The translations under genes and the position numbers were made by a program. From a virus: a DNA stretch of 55,042 nt. Below are positions 42,015 through 51,700 of this stretch, in pieces (positions within the stretch are counted from its first letter, which is position 1; each line of letters begins with the position of its first letter). The notes under the pieces were generated by a model. It saw nothing but the letters and a program-made list of their open reading frames with translations, did no database searches and was not told the origin of the DNA. Location: the IMG/VR virus record IMGVR_UViG_3300045988_114880; one strand, given 5' to 3'.

Positions 42015-42569
42015 ATGATTTCAGCAGTAGGAATAAAAAGAATCTTGTTTGCCGACATTGATAAGGTAACGGCAGACATTACCCCCGAAATCGCAAAGAC
42101 TTTGATTCAAGCCGCTATCAAAGCGAAAGATGAGGTTTTGAATGTACACGGGGAAACGTGGCAGATTGAGGAAACGGAAGCCTCTGTCACCGGGTACAAG
42201 AACCAATTAACGGGAAAGAATTACCGTTACGATGATGTGCCGGGAGAAGTATCGCCCGCTTTCTCTATCGGACAATATGACTGGAAGACCAAGAAAGCGT
42301 TCATGGGTGGCGATGTTATTCAGGCAACATCTAAAGATGTAGGTTGGAAGCGTGCTTTGGATAAAGTTATTATCAACAAAGCATTGTTCTGTCTGACCGA
42401 TGATGATGTCTGGTTCATCTTCCCAAAATGCCGTATTGTTTCCCGTGAAGCCAATACGGATAAGGCAATTGCAATCGCTGTAAAAGGCTTGGTGCAGGAA
42501 CCGGGAATCGAAGGTGTTTCTTCTGAGTATAACTATGAAGAGGGGCAGATTAAAGCTTTGCAGGCATGA
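42015..42569 (+). CDS. Major tail protein (by position)
   Basis: 184-aa ORF immediately upstream of the chaperone/tape-measure genes. Confidence 0.55.
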   Translation: MISAVGIKRILFADIDKVTADITPEIAKTLIQAAIKAKDEVLNVHGETWQIEETEASVTGYKNQLTGKNYRYDDVPGEVSPAFSIGQYDWKTKKAFMGGDVIQATSKDVGWKRALDKVIINKALFCLTDDDVWFIFPKCRIVSREANTDKAIAIAVKGLVQEPGIEGVSSEYNYEEGQIKALQA

Positions 42570-42782
42570 ACTACAGTAACCATTGTACCTACTCCTTCCG
42601 ATGCGACCGTAAAGCTGGACGGTGTAACGGTCAAGTCAAAGCAGGTGAATGCTGGGGCTACCGTTCACTATGAAGTGTCGAAAGTGGGGTACGTCACTCA
42701 GTCAGGAGATATTAAAACCACTCCTTCTGAAGTTGATACCACTCTTAAAAAAGAGATAACATTGGTAAAAGCACAAGAGTGA
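42570..42782 (+). CDS. In-frame 70-codon extension behind the TGA of the major tail gene, encoding an Ig/PEGA-like beta-sandwich (putative readthrough product)
   Basis: No start codon; TTVTIVPTPSDATVKLDGVTVKSKQVNAGATVHYEVSKVGYVTQSGDIKT begins right after the TGA; a terminator follows. Confidence 0.5.
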   Translation, partial: TTVTIVPTPSDATVKLDGVTVKSKQVNAGATVHYEVSKVGYVTQSGDIKTTPSEVDTTLKKEITLVKAQE

Positions 42783-42787
42783 TAACC

Positions 42788-42817
42788 GGGGGATGGATAT
42801 ATACCATTCCCCCTTTT
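42788..42817 (+). terminator. Terminator after the tail-protein extension
   Basis: GGGGGATGG/CCATTCCCCC stem followed by TTTT. Confidence 0.6.
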
Positions 42818-42828
42818 AGTTTAAGAAT

Positions 42829-43215
42829 ATGAATCAAGCAGCAAAAACGGTTTCTGATGCTTTGTTAGGGCTGGATTTCATGAATGTGGAGATAGGAGGG
42901 ATGGTTTATACCATTAAACCTCCTACAATTAAAATTATCTGTCGTGCCATTCATCATTTTTCCAATATCGGCATGACTGGAGATAATGTCATGGAAGCTA
43001 TTAAAGAGCTTCCTGAAGCTACTGAAGATATGCTGAAAGGTATTTCATGCTTCATCTGCGGGAATGATAGTTTGGTCAAAGAATTGGAGAACGGCACTTT
43101 TGAAGAAGTCAAAGATGCCTTGGAAGTCTGTTTCTCTATGATGGATATTTCGGCTTTTCAGTGTGTCAGCTCGATGAGGAACGTGTCGATGCTGGCAGCA
43201 AGACCGAAACAGTAG
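42829..43215 (+). CDS. Tail assembly chaperone (G-like)
   Basis: Position directly before the tape-measure gene, with an overlapping -1 frame ORF. Confidence 0.6.
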   Translation: MNQAAKTVSDALLGLDFMNVEIGGMVYTIKPPTIKIICRAIHHFSNIGMTGDNVMEAIKELPEATEDMLKGISCFICGNDSLVKELENGTFEEVKDALEVCFSMMDISAFQCVSSMRNVSMLAARPKQ

Positions 43216-43409
43216 GAAACACAACGTTCTTCGGGCAGATAGCCCATTTGATTGACACGCTGCATCTGAGTTATACAGAAGTGTTTGAGATTATCCCTTA
43301 TCGGAATCTGCTGATGATGCAACGGGATAAATTACGCGCAGTATATGGTGGTCAGAAGGTGAATAGAATCAGTGGTAAGGAATTGGCTAATCGTAGGAAA
43401 AAGAAATAG
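43161..43409 (+). CDS. -1 frame extension of the tail assembly chaperone (GT-like frameshift product)
   Basis: ORF in the -1 frame relative to 42829..43215; candidate slip site GCTTTTC (T4 at 43155..43158). Confidence 0.5.
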   Translation: MCQLDEERVDAGSKTETVGNTTFFGQIAHLIDTLHLSYTEVFEIIPYRNLLMMQRDKLRAVYGGQKVNRISGKELANRRKKK

Positions 43410-43411
43410 AT

Positions 43412-46400
43412 ATGTCAAAATTATATTTTAAGATAGGTAGTGACTGGGAAGAAGTTGTAAGACTTCGTAATGAAATTGCAAAATTAAAGCAGGAGTTAAT
43501 GAGCATGGATGGCACGCAGACTCCTGCTGCTTTCAAGGCTTTGAATGCCCAACTTGCTGCATCCAACCAAAGATTGGATGAGTTGGTGACTAATGCAGCC
43601 AAAGCTGGAGCGGAGATGGAAACGGGATTCAAAAGGAAAATCTTCGATGCTTCTCAGGTCGTGAATGGATTGTCGGAAAAAATAACATTTCAACGTGGAA
43701 CTATCCAACAATTGAAAAATGAATTGTCCGGTCTTAAAGACAAGTATCGTGAAGCATTAAAACAGGATGGTGATACTTCTTCCTTAGAAGCTAAAATAAG
43801 GTCTACAAATGAAAAATTGAAAGAGCAAAAAAGTTCTTTATTTAACCTTACCCAGGAACAGGCTAACGCCCGCTTGTCAGTAAAGAAGCTCCGCGATGAA
43901 TATGCTTTGTATCGGCAAGATGGTGAAAAAAATGTAGATGTAACTAAGCAGGTGGAACAAGCCATGTCTAATATGGGTAAGAAACTGCTGGGAGGTTATT
44001 CAATCAAAGAATTCTTGTCAAGTATGATTCGTGTTCGTGGCGAATTTCAATCCATGCAGACCGCTATTGAGACTATGGTTGGAAAGGATATGGCAGGGCA
44101 ACTGATTCCGCAAATCAAGGAGCTGGCTAAGATTTCTCCACTTACTATGTCAGATATGGTTGGAGCAGAAAAGATGATGCTTGGATTTAACATACAAGCA
44201 GAAGACACTATCAAATACTTGAAAGCCATTAGTGATATTTCTATGGGGGAATCCAGTAAGTTCAATTCGCTAACTTTGGCATTTTCACAGATGTCAGCAG
44301 CGGGTAAACTTATGGGGCAGGATTTGAATCAAATGATAAACGCTGGATTCAACCCGTTACAGATTATCTCCGAAAAGACCGGAAAATCTATCGCAACTTT
44401 GAAAGATGAAATGTCCAAAGGTGCTGTTTCCGCTGAAATGGTTCAACAGGCATTCATTGATGCAACTTCCGCAGGTGGTAAGTTCTATAATATGTCTGAG
44501 AATGCCTCAAAGACTATCAATGGTCAGTTGTCTATGATGCAGGATGCTTTGGATTCCGTGTTTAACGAATTGGGAACAAAGTCGGAAAGTGTTATCATGG
44601 ACGGTATTCAAATGACAACTTCGTTGATTCAGAATTATGAAACAGTAGGTAAGATCTTGGCTGGATTAGTGGTTACTTATGGTACATACCGGACCGCAGT
44701 GATGCTTGTTACTGCTGCCGAAAGTAAACATACTCTTGTGGAGATTGGACTTACCAATGCCCGTTTATTGGCACGAAAAGCGCAGTTAGCTTTAAACGCT
44801 GCAATGCTTACCAATCCTTATGTGTTGTTGGCTACTGCTGTAGTAGGACTTGGAGTTGCAATGTTGGCTTTCCGCGATTCGGCAACAGAAGCAGAAAAGG
44901 CACAGAGAAGGTTTAATGAACAGCAAGAAGAAGCTAAAAAGCAAGAAGAAGAACACAAACAGAAGATTGATTCCCTCGTACAAAGTTCTCGTGATATAGC
45001 GTTGTCGGATTTACAAAGAGGTCGAAGTTTAGCGGAGTTAAGAAAAGAATACCCTAAGATATTCGCTCAATATGACATCGAAACCATTAAGTTGGCTGAT
45101 ATACTTAAACTAAAGCAACAGATAACGGAAGAAGATGCGAAACGTGCCGGAGAAAAGCAAACCAAGGAACTTTCTAACATTGAATCTGAAATCAAATATT
45201 ACGAGAATCTGCTGAAAACTCTTTCCGGTCAGCAAGGCGTTGATGGATATGTGAAGAAACTAAAAGAATTGCGTGCTATGCGTGATGTCATGCTGCAAGA
45301 AAAAGGCAAAGGCATCTCCGAACAGTTCATTTCCAATCTTAAAGATGTTAATACTAATGAGTTTGACCGCTACATCTCTGAGTTGGAGAAGCGTATCAGA
45401 GGAAAGGGGGGAAATGGAACTGTGAAACTTCGTTTGCCTATTGATATTAAGGGTACTTTGTCTGATGAAGCAATCTATAATGTGAAAGACATAAAAACAC
45501 TTATAGATACAGCAAAATCAGTCAAGCAAACCCGAATTGATTCAGAGAAGAATAAAACTACCTACAAGCAGGATTATGAGAAAGCGAAGAAAGACTGGGA
45601 TGATGCTAAGAAGAAACTTTCTGAAATAGAAAAGAATAAATCCAAGTTTACTTCAAAGCTGTATGAAGAAGCTAAGAAACGAGTAGAAACAACTGAAAAA
45701 GCCTATAAAAATTTGGGCGGTATTACTGGTAGTTCTTTGACCAAGCAGGAAAAAGCTGCTGAAAAGCAAAAAAAAGAACAAAAAAAGACAGCCGAACAAC
45801 TTCTTTCACTTCACCGTCAGAACCAACAGGATGAAATCAACCTGATGATAGAAGGCACGGAAAAGAAGTTGAAACAGATTGACCTTGATTATCAGAAACA
45901 GATTGATGCGATAAGAAAACAGGAGGAAGAATGGAGCAAAGCCGGTAACGGTAAGCTGACCGACAAGCAGGCACAGAAAATTTCAGAAGCTTATACCAAT
46001 GCCGAAAGTATGAGAGATAAAGATATTTCCGATGTAACTGAAGGACAGCTGAAAGCCGAACAACAGGCTTTGAACGACTACTTGAAAGAATATGGCACGT
46101 TCCAGCAGCAGAAATTGGCTATCGCCCAAGAGTATGCGGAAAAAATAAGGAAAGCACAGGAAGAAAACGGTGTTAATAGTGCACAAGTAAAGTTACTGGA
46201 GAAACAACGTGATGTTGCCATACAGAACAAGGAAACAGAAGCCATAAAAGCCAATATAGATTGGGTTACTGTGTTCGGTGAGTTTGGTTCCATGTTTTCC
46301 GACATGATAAAGCCCGCCTTGGACGAAGCGAAAAAATATGTACGGACTGACAAGTTCAAGAACTCCGATCAGGCAAGCCAGAAATCATTGATTGACGCCA

Positions 46401-48235
46401 TCAGCCAGATGGAAAAGTCTTTGGGTGGTACAAGTGGAGTCAACTTCAAGAAACTTGGAGAGGATGTAAAAGCCTATCAAATAGCAGAACAGAATCGTAT
46501 CAGTGCCATAGGGATTGAAACAGCTGCTTTGGAAAGACTAAAGAAATCACAGGATGATTACACCAAAGCGCAGAAGGGCGGAACGGAAAGTGAGAAACAA
46601 GCCGCAGCAAACGCTCTTGAAACAGCACGGCAGAATGCTGACATTGCATCCGCCAATGTGAAGACACAGACTGATATCGCCAATCAGGCCCAGCGTAATG
46701 TGACTGATACCGCCACCAGACTGAAAGCAAGCATGGAAAATTTGTTGGGAGGCTTGCAGCAGATTTCATCCGGTGGATTGTATAACGCATATAGCGGAAT
46801 TATCAAAACCGTGAACGGATTCAAGGATGTCATAGGAAAAACGTCAGAATCTCTTAAGGAGGTCCCCATCGTCGGATGGATTCTGTCCATCATTGACGTA
46901 CTCAAAGACGGATTAAGTGATCTTGTCGGTGGTCTGCTTGATGCTGTTCTGAACGCTGTCAGTGGAATTATCGGTGATGTCTTGTCAGGGGATTTGTTTG
47001 TCACAATCGGCAAGTCATTGAGGAACGGCATAGGAAACATCCTGAACGCAATCTCATTCGGAGGCTTCAACTCCTTGTTTGGAATAGGTGGAAACGCCAA
47101 GGAAGTACAGGAAACGATAGACAGGCTGACGGACAGGAATGAAACTTTGCAAACGGCCATCGAGGATCTGACTGACGAGATGAAGGCAAGCAAGGGAATG
47201 AAATCGGTTGAATCTTACAGGGAAGCTGTAAAGTATCAGGAGGAAGTCAATAAAAACTATCTGCAAATAGCAAAGGAGCAAGCCGGATATCATAAGAGCC
47301 ACGGCAGCTGGCAGCATTATCTGAAATGGACGGATGAAATGCTGGAACACGCAAGAAAAGCTACCGGCATGCAGGATTTCTCCGGCACCGATTCCTTGTG
47401 GAATCTGACCCCCGAACAGATGAAAGCTCTACGGTCGGACGTATGGTTATGGGATATCATGGAATCTTCCGGTAAGGGAGGTTACGGTGAGCGTGTTACC
47501 GACAAGCTGGATGATTATATAGAGCAGGCAGGAAAACTGGAAGAACTGACCGACAGTCTTTATGAGGGCCTGATCGGAATGTCATTCGATTCCATGTATG
47601 ACAGTTTTATAAGCAGTCTGATGGATATGGAGAAGAGTGCGGAGGATTTTGCTGATGACATATCCAAATATTTCATGCAGGCGATGCTGTCAAATGCCAT
47701 CGGTGAACAGTTTAGTGACAAACTGAGGACATGGTATGATAAATTCGGTGAAGCCATGAAGGATGATGGTACGCTTGACAATAATGAGCGTAAGGAGCTG
47801 ATGGATGAATACATGGGTTATGTGGACGAAGCCATGAAGCTCCGTGACGAGCTTGCCGCAGCAACCGGATATGATAAGATTTCGCAAGAATCCTATTCTC
47901 AATCTTCTTCATCAAGAGGGTTCGGCACTGAAATGACGCATGAAGATGCAGGAGAGTTGAACGGTAGGTTTACAGCATTGCAGATTACAGGAGAAGAGAT
48001 AAAGAATCAAAATATCATTCAATCTCAATCACTTAATCTACTGACAGTAAAAGCAGATGCTCTACTTTCCATAAATACGGAAACAAGAAATATTGCTGAT
48101 GATACGCGGGATTTGATAGCGCAATCCTATCTTGAATTGGTACAGATTTCAGAAAATACAGGGGCAATCGTCAAACCTATTCAACAGATGCAAAGAGATA
48201 TAGCAGAGGTTAAAAAGAATACAGCAAAATTATAG
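43412..48235 (+). CDS. Tape measure protein (1607 aa)
   Basis: Size, coiled-coil composition, central hydrophobic segments and position. Confidence 0.85.
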   Translation: MSKLYFKIGSDWEEVVRLRNEIAKLKQELMSMDGTQTPAAFKALNAQLAASNQRLDELVTNAAKAGAEMETGFKRKIFDASQVVNGLSEKITFQRGTIQQLKNELSGLKDKYREALKQDGDTSSLEAKIRSTNEKLKEQKSSLFNLTQEQANARLSVKKLRDEYALYRQDGEKNVDVTKQVEQAMSNMGKKLLGGYSIKEFLSSMIRVRGEFQSMQTAIETMVGKDMAGQLIPQIKELAKISPLTMSDMVGAEKMMLGFNIQAEDTIKYLKAISDISMGESSKFNSLTLAFSQMSAAGKLMGQDLNQMINAGFNPLQIISEKTGKSIATLKDEMSKGAVSAEMVQQAFIDATSAGGKFYNMSENASKTINGQLSMMQDALDSVFNELGTKSESVIMDGIQMTTSLIQNYETVGKILAGLVVTYGTYRTAVMLVTAAESKHTLVEIGLTNARLLARKAQLALNAAMLTNPYVLLATAVVGLGVAMLAFRDSATEAEKAQRRFNEQQEEAKKQEEEHKQKIDSLVQSSRDIALSDLQRGRSLAELRKEYPKIFAQYDIETIKLADILKLKQQITEEDAKRAGEKQTKELSNIESEIKYYENLLKTLSGQQGVDGYVKKLKELRAMRDVMLQEKGKGISEQFISNLKDVNTNEFDRYISELEKRIRGKGGNGTVKLRLPIDIKGTLSDEAIYNVKDIKTLIDTAKSVKQTRIDSEKNKTTYKQDYEKAKKDWDDAKKKLSEIEKNKSKFTSKLYEEAKKRVETTEKAYKNLGGITGSSLTKQEKAAEKQKKEQKKTAEQLLSLHRQNQQDEINLMIEGTEKKLKQIDLDYQKQIDAIRKQEEEWSKAGNGKLTDKQAQKISEAYTNAESMRDKDISDVTEGQLKAEQQALNDYLKEYGTFQQQKLAIAQEYAEKIRKAQEENGVNSAQVKLLEKQRDVAIQNKETEAIKANIDWVTVFGEFGSMFSDMIKPALDEAKKYVRTDKFKNSDQASQKSLIDAISQMEKSLGGTSGVNFKKLGEDVKAYQIAEQNRISAIGIETAALERLKKSQDDYTKAQKGGTESEKQAAANALETARQNADIASANVKTQTDIANQAQRNVTDTATRLKASMENLLGGLQQISSGGLYNAYSGIIKTVNGFKDVIGKTSESLKEVPIVGWILSIIDVLKDGLSDLVGGLLDAVLNAVSGIIGDVLSGDLFVTIGKSLRNGIGNILNAISFGGFNSLFGIGGNAKEVQETIDRLTDRNETLQTAIEDLTDEMKASKGMKSVESYREAVKYQEEVNKNYLQIAKEQAGYHKSHGSWQHYLKWTDEMLEHARKATGMQDFSGTDSLWNLTPEQMKALRSDVWLWDIMESSGKGGYGERVTDKLDDYIEQAGKLEELTDSLYEGLIGMSFDSMYDSFISSLMDMEKSAEDFADDISKYFMQAMLSNAIGEQFSDKLRTWYDKFGEAMKDDGTLDNNERKELMDEYMGYVDEAMKLRDELAAATGYDKISQESYSQSSSSRGFGTEMTHEDAGELNGRFTALQITGEEIKNQNIIQSQSLNLLTVKADALLSINTETRNIADDTRDLIAQSYLELVQISENTGAIVKPIQQMQRDIAEVKKNTAKL

Positions 48236-48238
48236 TTT

Positions 48239-48655
48239 ATGAATGAATTATTAATTAATGGCGAAAACGCTTATACAACATGGGGCGTGAGAATGGGAGA
48301 GGGGTTTCTTGATGTTATTGGGGCATCCGCTCCCATGAAGGATTTTATTGAGAACAAAAGCCGACTTGAACATGGGAAACGGGTAATAATCAATAATCCT
48401 AAAGTCGATGAGAGGGAAATAACTCTTTCGTTCACTATCGAGGGTAATTCTCAGTCTGACTATCAAGCAAAGAAGAAAGCTTTCTTTGATGAGCTGTATA
48501 AAGGTGTGGTTGATATTCAAGTTCCGGCTAACAGTAATGAGATTTATCATCTGATTTATCTTGGGAAAAGCGTTGCTTACGCACAGAGTTTAAACCGAAC
48601 TTTCGGAAAAATTTCAGCCAAGTTTAACGAGCCAAATCCGGCAAACAGAAGCTAA
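48239..48655 (+). CDS. Distal tail protein-like (by position)
   Basis: 138-aa ORF after the tape-measure gene. Confidence 0.45.
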   Translation: MNELLINGENAYTTWGVRMGEGFLDVIGASAPMKDFIENKSRLEHGKRVIINNPKVDEREITLSFTIEGNSQSDYQAKKKAFFDELYKGVVDIQVPANSNEIYHLIYLGKSVAYAQSLNRTFGKISAKFNEPNPANRS

Positions 48656-48657
48656 TT

Positions 48658-48681
48658 CACGACATTGGTTTTATTGTCGTG
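48658..48681 (+). promoter_or_regulatory. Conserved hairpin CACGACATT-N6-ATTGTCGTG(TAT), copy 3
   Basis: Same family as 30987 and 37278; upstream of the fibre gene. Confidence 0.6.
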
Positions 48682-48686
48682 TATGT

Positions 48687-48717
48687 GAGTGCTCAAAATT
48701 GGGCACTCTTTTTTTTA
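48687..48717 (+). terminator. Terminator/attenuator hairpin between the tail and fibre genes
   Basis: GAGTGCTC/GGGCACTC stem followed by T8. Confidence 0.55.
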
Positions 48718-48735
48718 TCCCCGAACTTTGAAGAC

Positions 48736-51700
48736 ATGGAACAAATCGACATCAAAGACATATCCGGTGCTATCCAGCTTACAACTTTGATCAATGAAGG
48801 CTGCAAGCGTAAGTTCACTCTGATGAAGGAGGACTACATCATGTTAAAGTTCTCCTTAGAGAATCCCATATATTTCAAACTTGGCTCATACGTGGAATGT
48901 AACTTCGGATTGTTCGAGGTGTGCGACTTGCAGAAGCCCGCATTCAACACCAATACCGCCGGCTACGACTATGAGCTTCAGCTTGACGCTTACTACTGGA
49001 AATGGAAAAACAAAATCTTCAAATATACCCCGGAGACGACCGGACAGGAGGCGTCCTGGAACCTGACCGCTCCGCTTGACGTACAAGTCGGTATAGTCCT
49101 TAGAAATCTGAAAGCTCTTGGTTACACATACAAAGGACAGGATTTTGTTTTCTCCATTGATTCCACAGTCGAAAACAAGTCCCAGTTGATGAGTTACGAC
49201 AACATCAACATCCTTGACGCTTGTTTTGAGATGGCGAAGAAATGGGATTGCGAATGTTGGGTGACTGAAAACATCATCCATTTCGGGCGTTGTGAGTCCG
49301 GTGACGCGGTGGATTTCGAGATCGGGAAAAACGTGCAGGAAATGTCACAGTCAGAATCCCAGTCCACCTATGCCACCCGTATCTACGCTTTTGGTTCCAC
49401 CCGTAACATACCGGCAGACTACCGCCCCATTGACGAGACCGTGGTTGTGAACGGCGTGGTGCAGCGCAGGCTGATGCTTCCCGAAGGCACTCCTTACATT
49501 GACGCTTATCCTGATATGACTACCGAGGAAGCCGTCGAGCAGGTGGTTATCTTCGATGAAGTCTATCCTCGAAGAACAGGCATCATGTCGGATGTCACCA
49601 CTATCGAAGTGACGGACAAGGTGGAGAATGAGGACGGCACAACCACCGAGGAAAAATGGAATGCCTACCGCTTTAGGGACACGGGTGTTAACTTTTCCGA
49701 GAAATATATCCTCCCCGGTCAGGAGCTGAGGATACGTTTCGCATCCGGGCTTCTCAACGGTTTGGAGTTTGCCGTGAAGTTCAATCCTGAGGGAAAGCCG
49801 GAGAAATTGGAGGATGGCGGATGGAACCCTGAGGCACAGCTTTGGGAGATAGTCAGGAATGAGGACTATGGCAGACCGCTTCCCGGTGATGTGCTCTTTC
49901 CCCAGGATGGAGATGAATATGTGCTTTCCGGCTGGGACAGTACGAAAATAACCGAGCTGGGGCTTGTGGGTACCGCCGAGCAGGAGTTGAAGGAAAAGAC
50001 TGAAAAGTACGCTGCCAAATCCAAGATAGACCCGAGTACCTATGGCTGCACGATGATGTCAAATGACGCATACCGTGAGGATGGCGTTCATAATTTCTAT
50101 AGCATCGGTCAAAAGGTCAACCTTATCAACAAGGCTTATTTCGAGAACGGAAGACAGTCAAGGGTTATCGGATTTGAATTCAATCTTGATTATTCCTTTG
50201 ACTCACCTGTTTATACTGTCGGGGAAACCGCCGCCTATTCCCGTATCGGGGAGCTGGAGGAAAAGGTTGAGAGCCTTACCCTGAAGGGACAGACCTATAC
50301 GGGCGGTGGTGGCAGCGGTGTGTATGTGATCGGAAGCCACGACTCCACCCCAGCAACAGACCATAACGTGTATTCCGCATTGCGCTCGCTGATCATGTTC
50401 ATGCGCAAGGATACGGAGGAACGCACCGGTTTCCTATTATCCCTGTTGGGCGGAACCGTCATCAAGAAATACGCCAAGTTCGGTGATTTCGTTACCGGCG
50501 TTTCTGGAGGTTACATCGGTGAGGACGCCCGTGCCGAGCTGGAGGCTTTGGTCCTGCGCAGCTCTCTGAGTGTACCAGAACTTCGTTTCAACCGTCAGAC
50601 CTATTTTGAAGGATATAATACTATAAGTCCCGGCGGAGGGCTGAAGATAAAAAGCTTTGTCGCCAATAGTGACGGCAGCTATACTGTCATCCCTGATCTG
50701 GAGGATGGTGTACCGCTGGGACAGAAGCCGGACGATATCCTCCTAGGCTTCTGGCATGACAAAAGCGTCACTACCGGTGACTTTATTGGTTTCCGGAAAA
50801 TACAGTACCGTATCACTTCCGCAGATTACGACGAGAAGACATTCGTGATGGTTCCGCGTCCCGGATATGAGTTCGTTCCCCATAACGAGATGCGTCTCGG
50901 ACAGACGGGGAACTTCACCGACAAGGAGCGTCAGACTTATATCATCATAGACGTGCGTGACGGTAACTGCTGCATCACCCTTGTTGACAATGCCAACACC
51001 TGGGACCCGGAGCCGGCACAGATGAAGAGCTGGTTCGGCAAGAAGAAGGGTATGACCATCAACGGGATCAACTGCGACAGGTTCTCGGCAGTATTGCAGG
51101 ATATCATCATGACGGGATTGATTTTTCAAATTGATGAAATTACCGGTAGCACAGTCCGCGTTCCTATCGACTTCCCTAGCTGGGAGCCGGGCAGGAAGTA
51201 TGCGTATTATTCCCGTGTGCCCCATAACGGTTCCACATGGTTGTGCGTCAATGACAAGGGCACTACTTCCGAGCCATCCGAAAACAATCCGGACTGGCTT
51301 GTATCAGCCGCCAAAGGTGACAAGGGTGATCCGGGACTGTCTGTAATAGGTGGCGGTCATTGGGAATCCTCTAAGACCCCATACGAGGTCAATACCATGG
51401 TCACTTTGGCGGGCTGTGTTTTTATCTCCAAGGTGAAAACATCCAATCCTCCGATTAAAATTGCAAGGTTCAGGAACGGCAATTATCGAAAGAAAAAGGA
51501 TGGCGGTTATATCCTTGCCGGGAAATCAGCCGACTGGACCGTGCATGAAGACTGGGAGATGCTGCTGGACGGTCGTGAACTTAAAGGTGAGAGTATCACC
51601 TTCTTGGGTGAGTTCGCATCCCATCCGTCCAATCCCAAGGAGGGTGACAGCTACCGAAATACGGCTGACCATTGTACTTACATATACCGGAATGGTTTGT

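Noticed and set aside
42566-42673. ATG-initiated 35-codon ORF (MNYSNHCTYSFRC...) overlapping the tail-gene stop
   Set aside because: It is a Cys/Arg-rich out-of-frame reading of the Ig-like extension. The in-frame reading gives a coherent beta-sandwich pattern.
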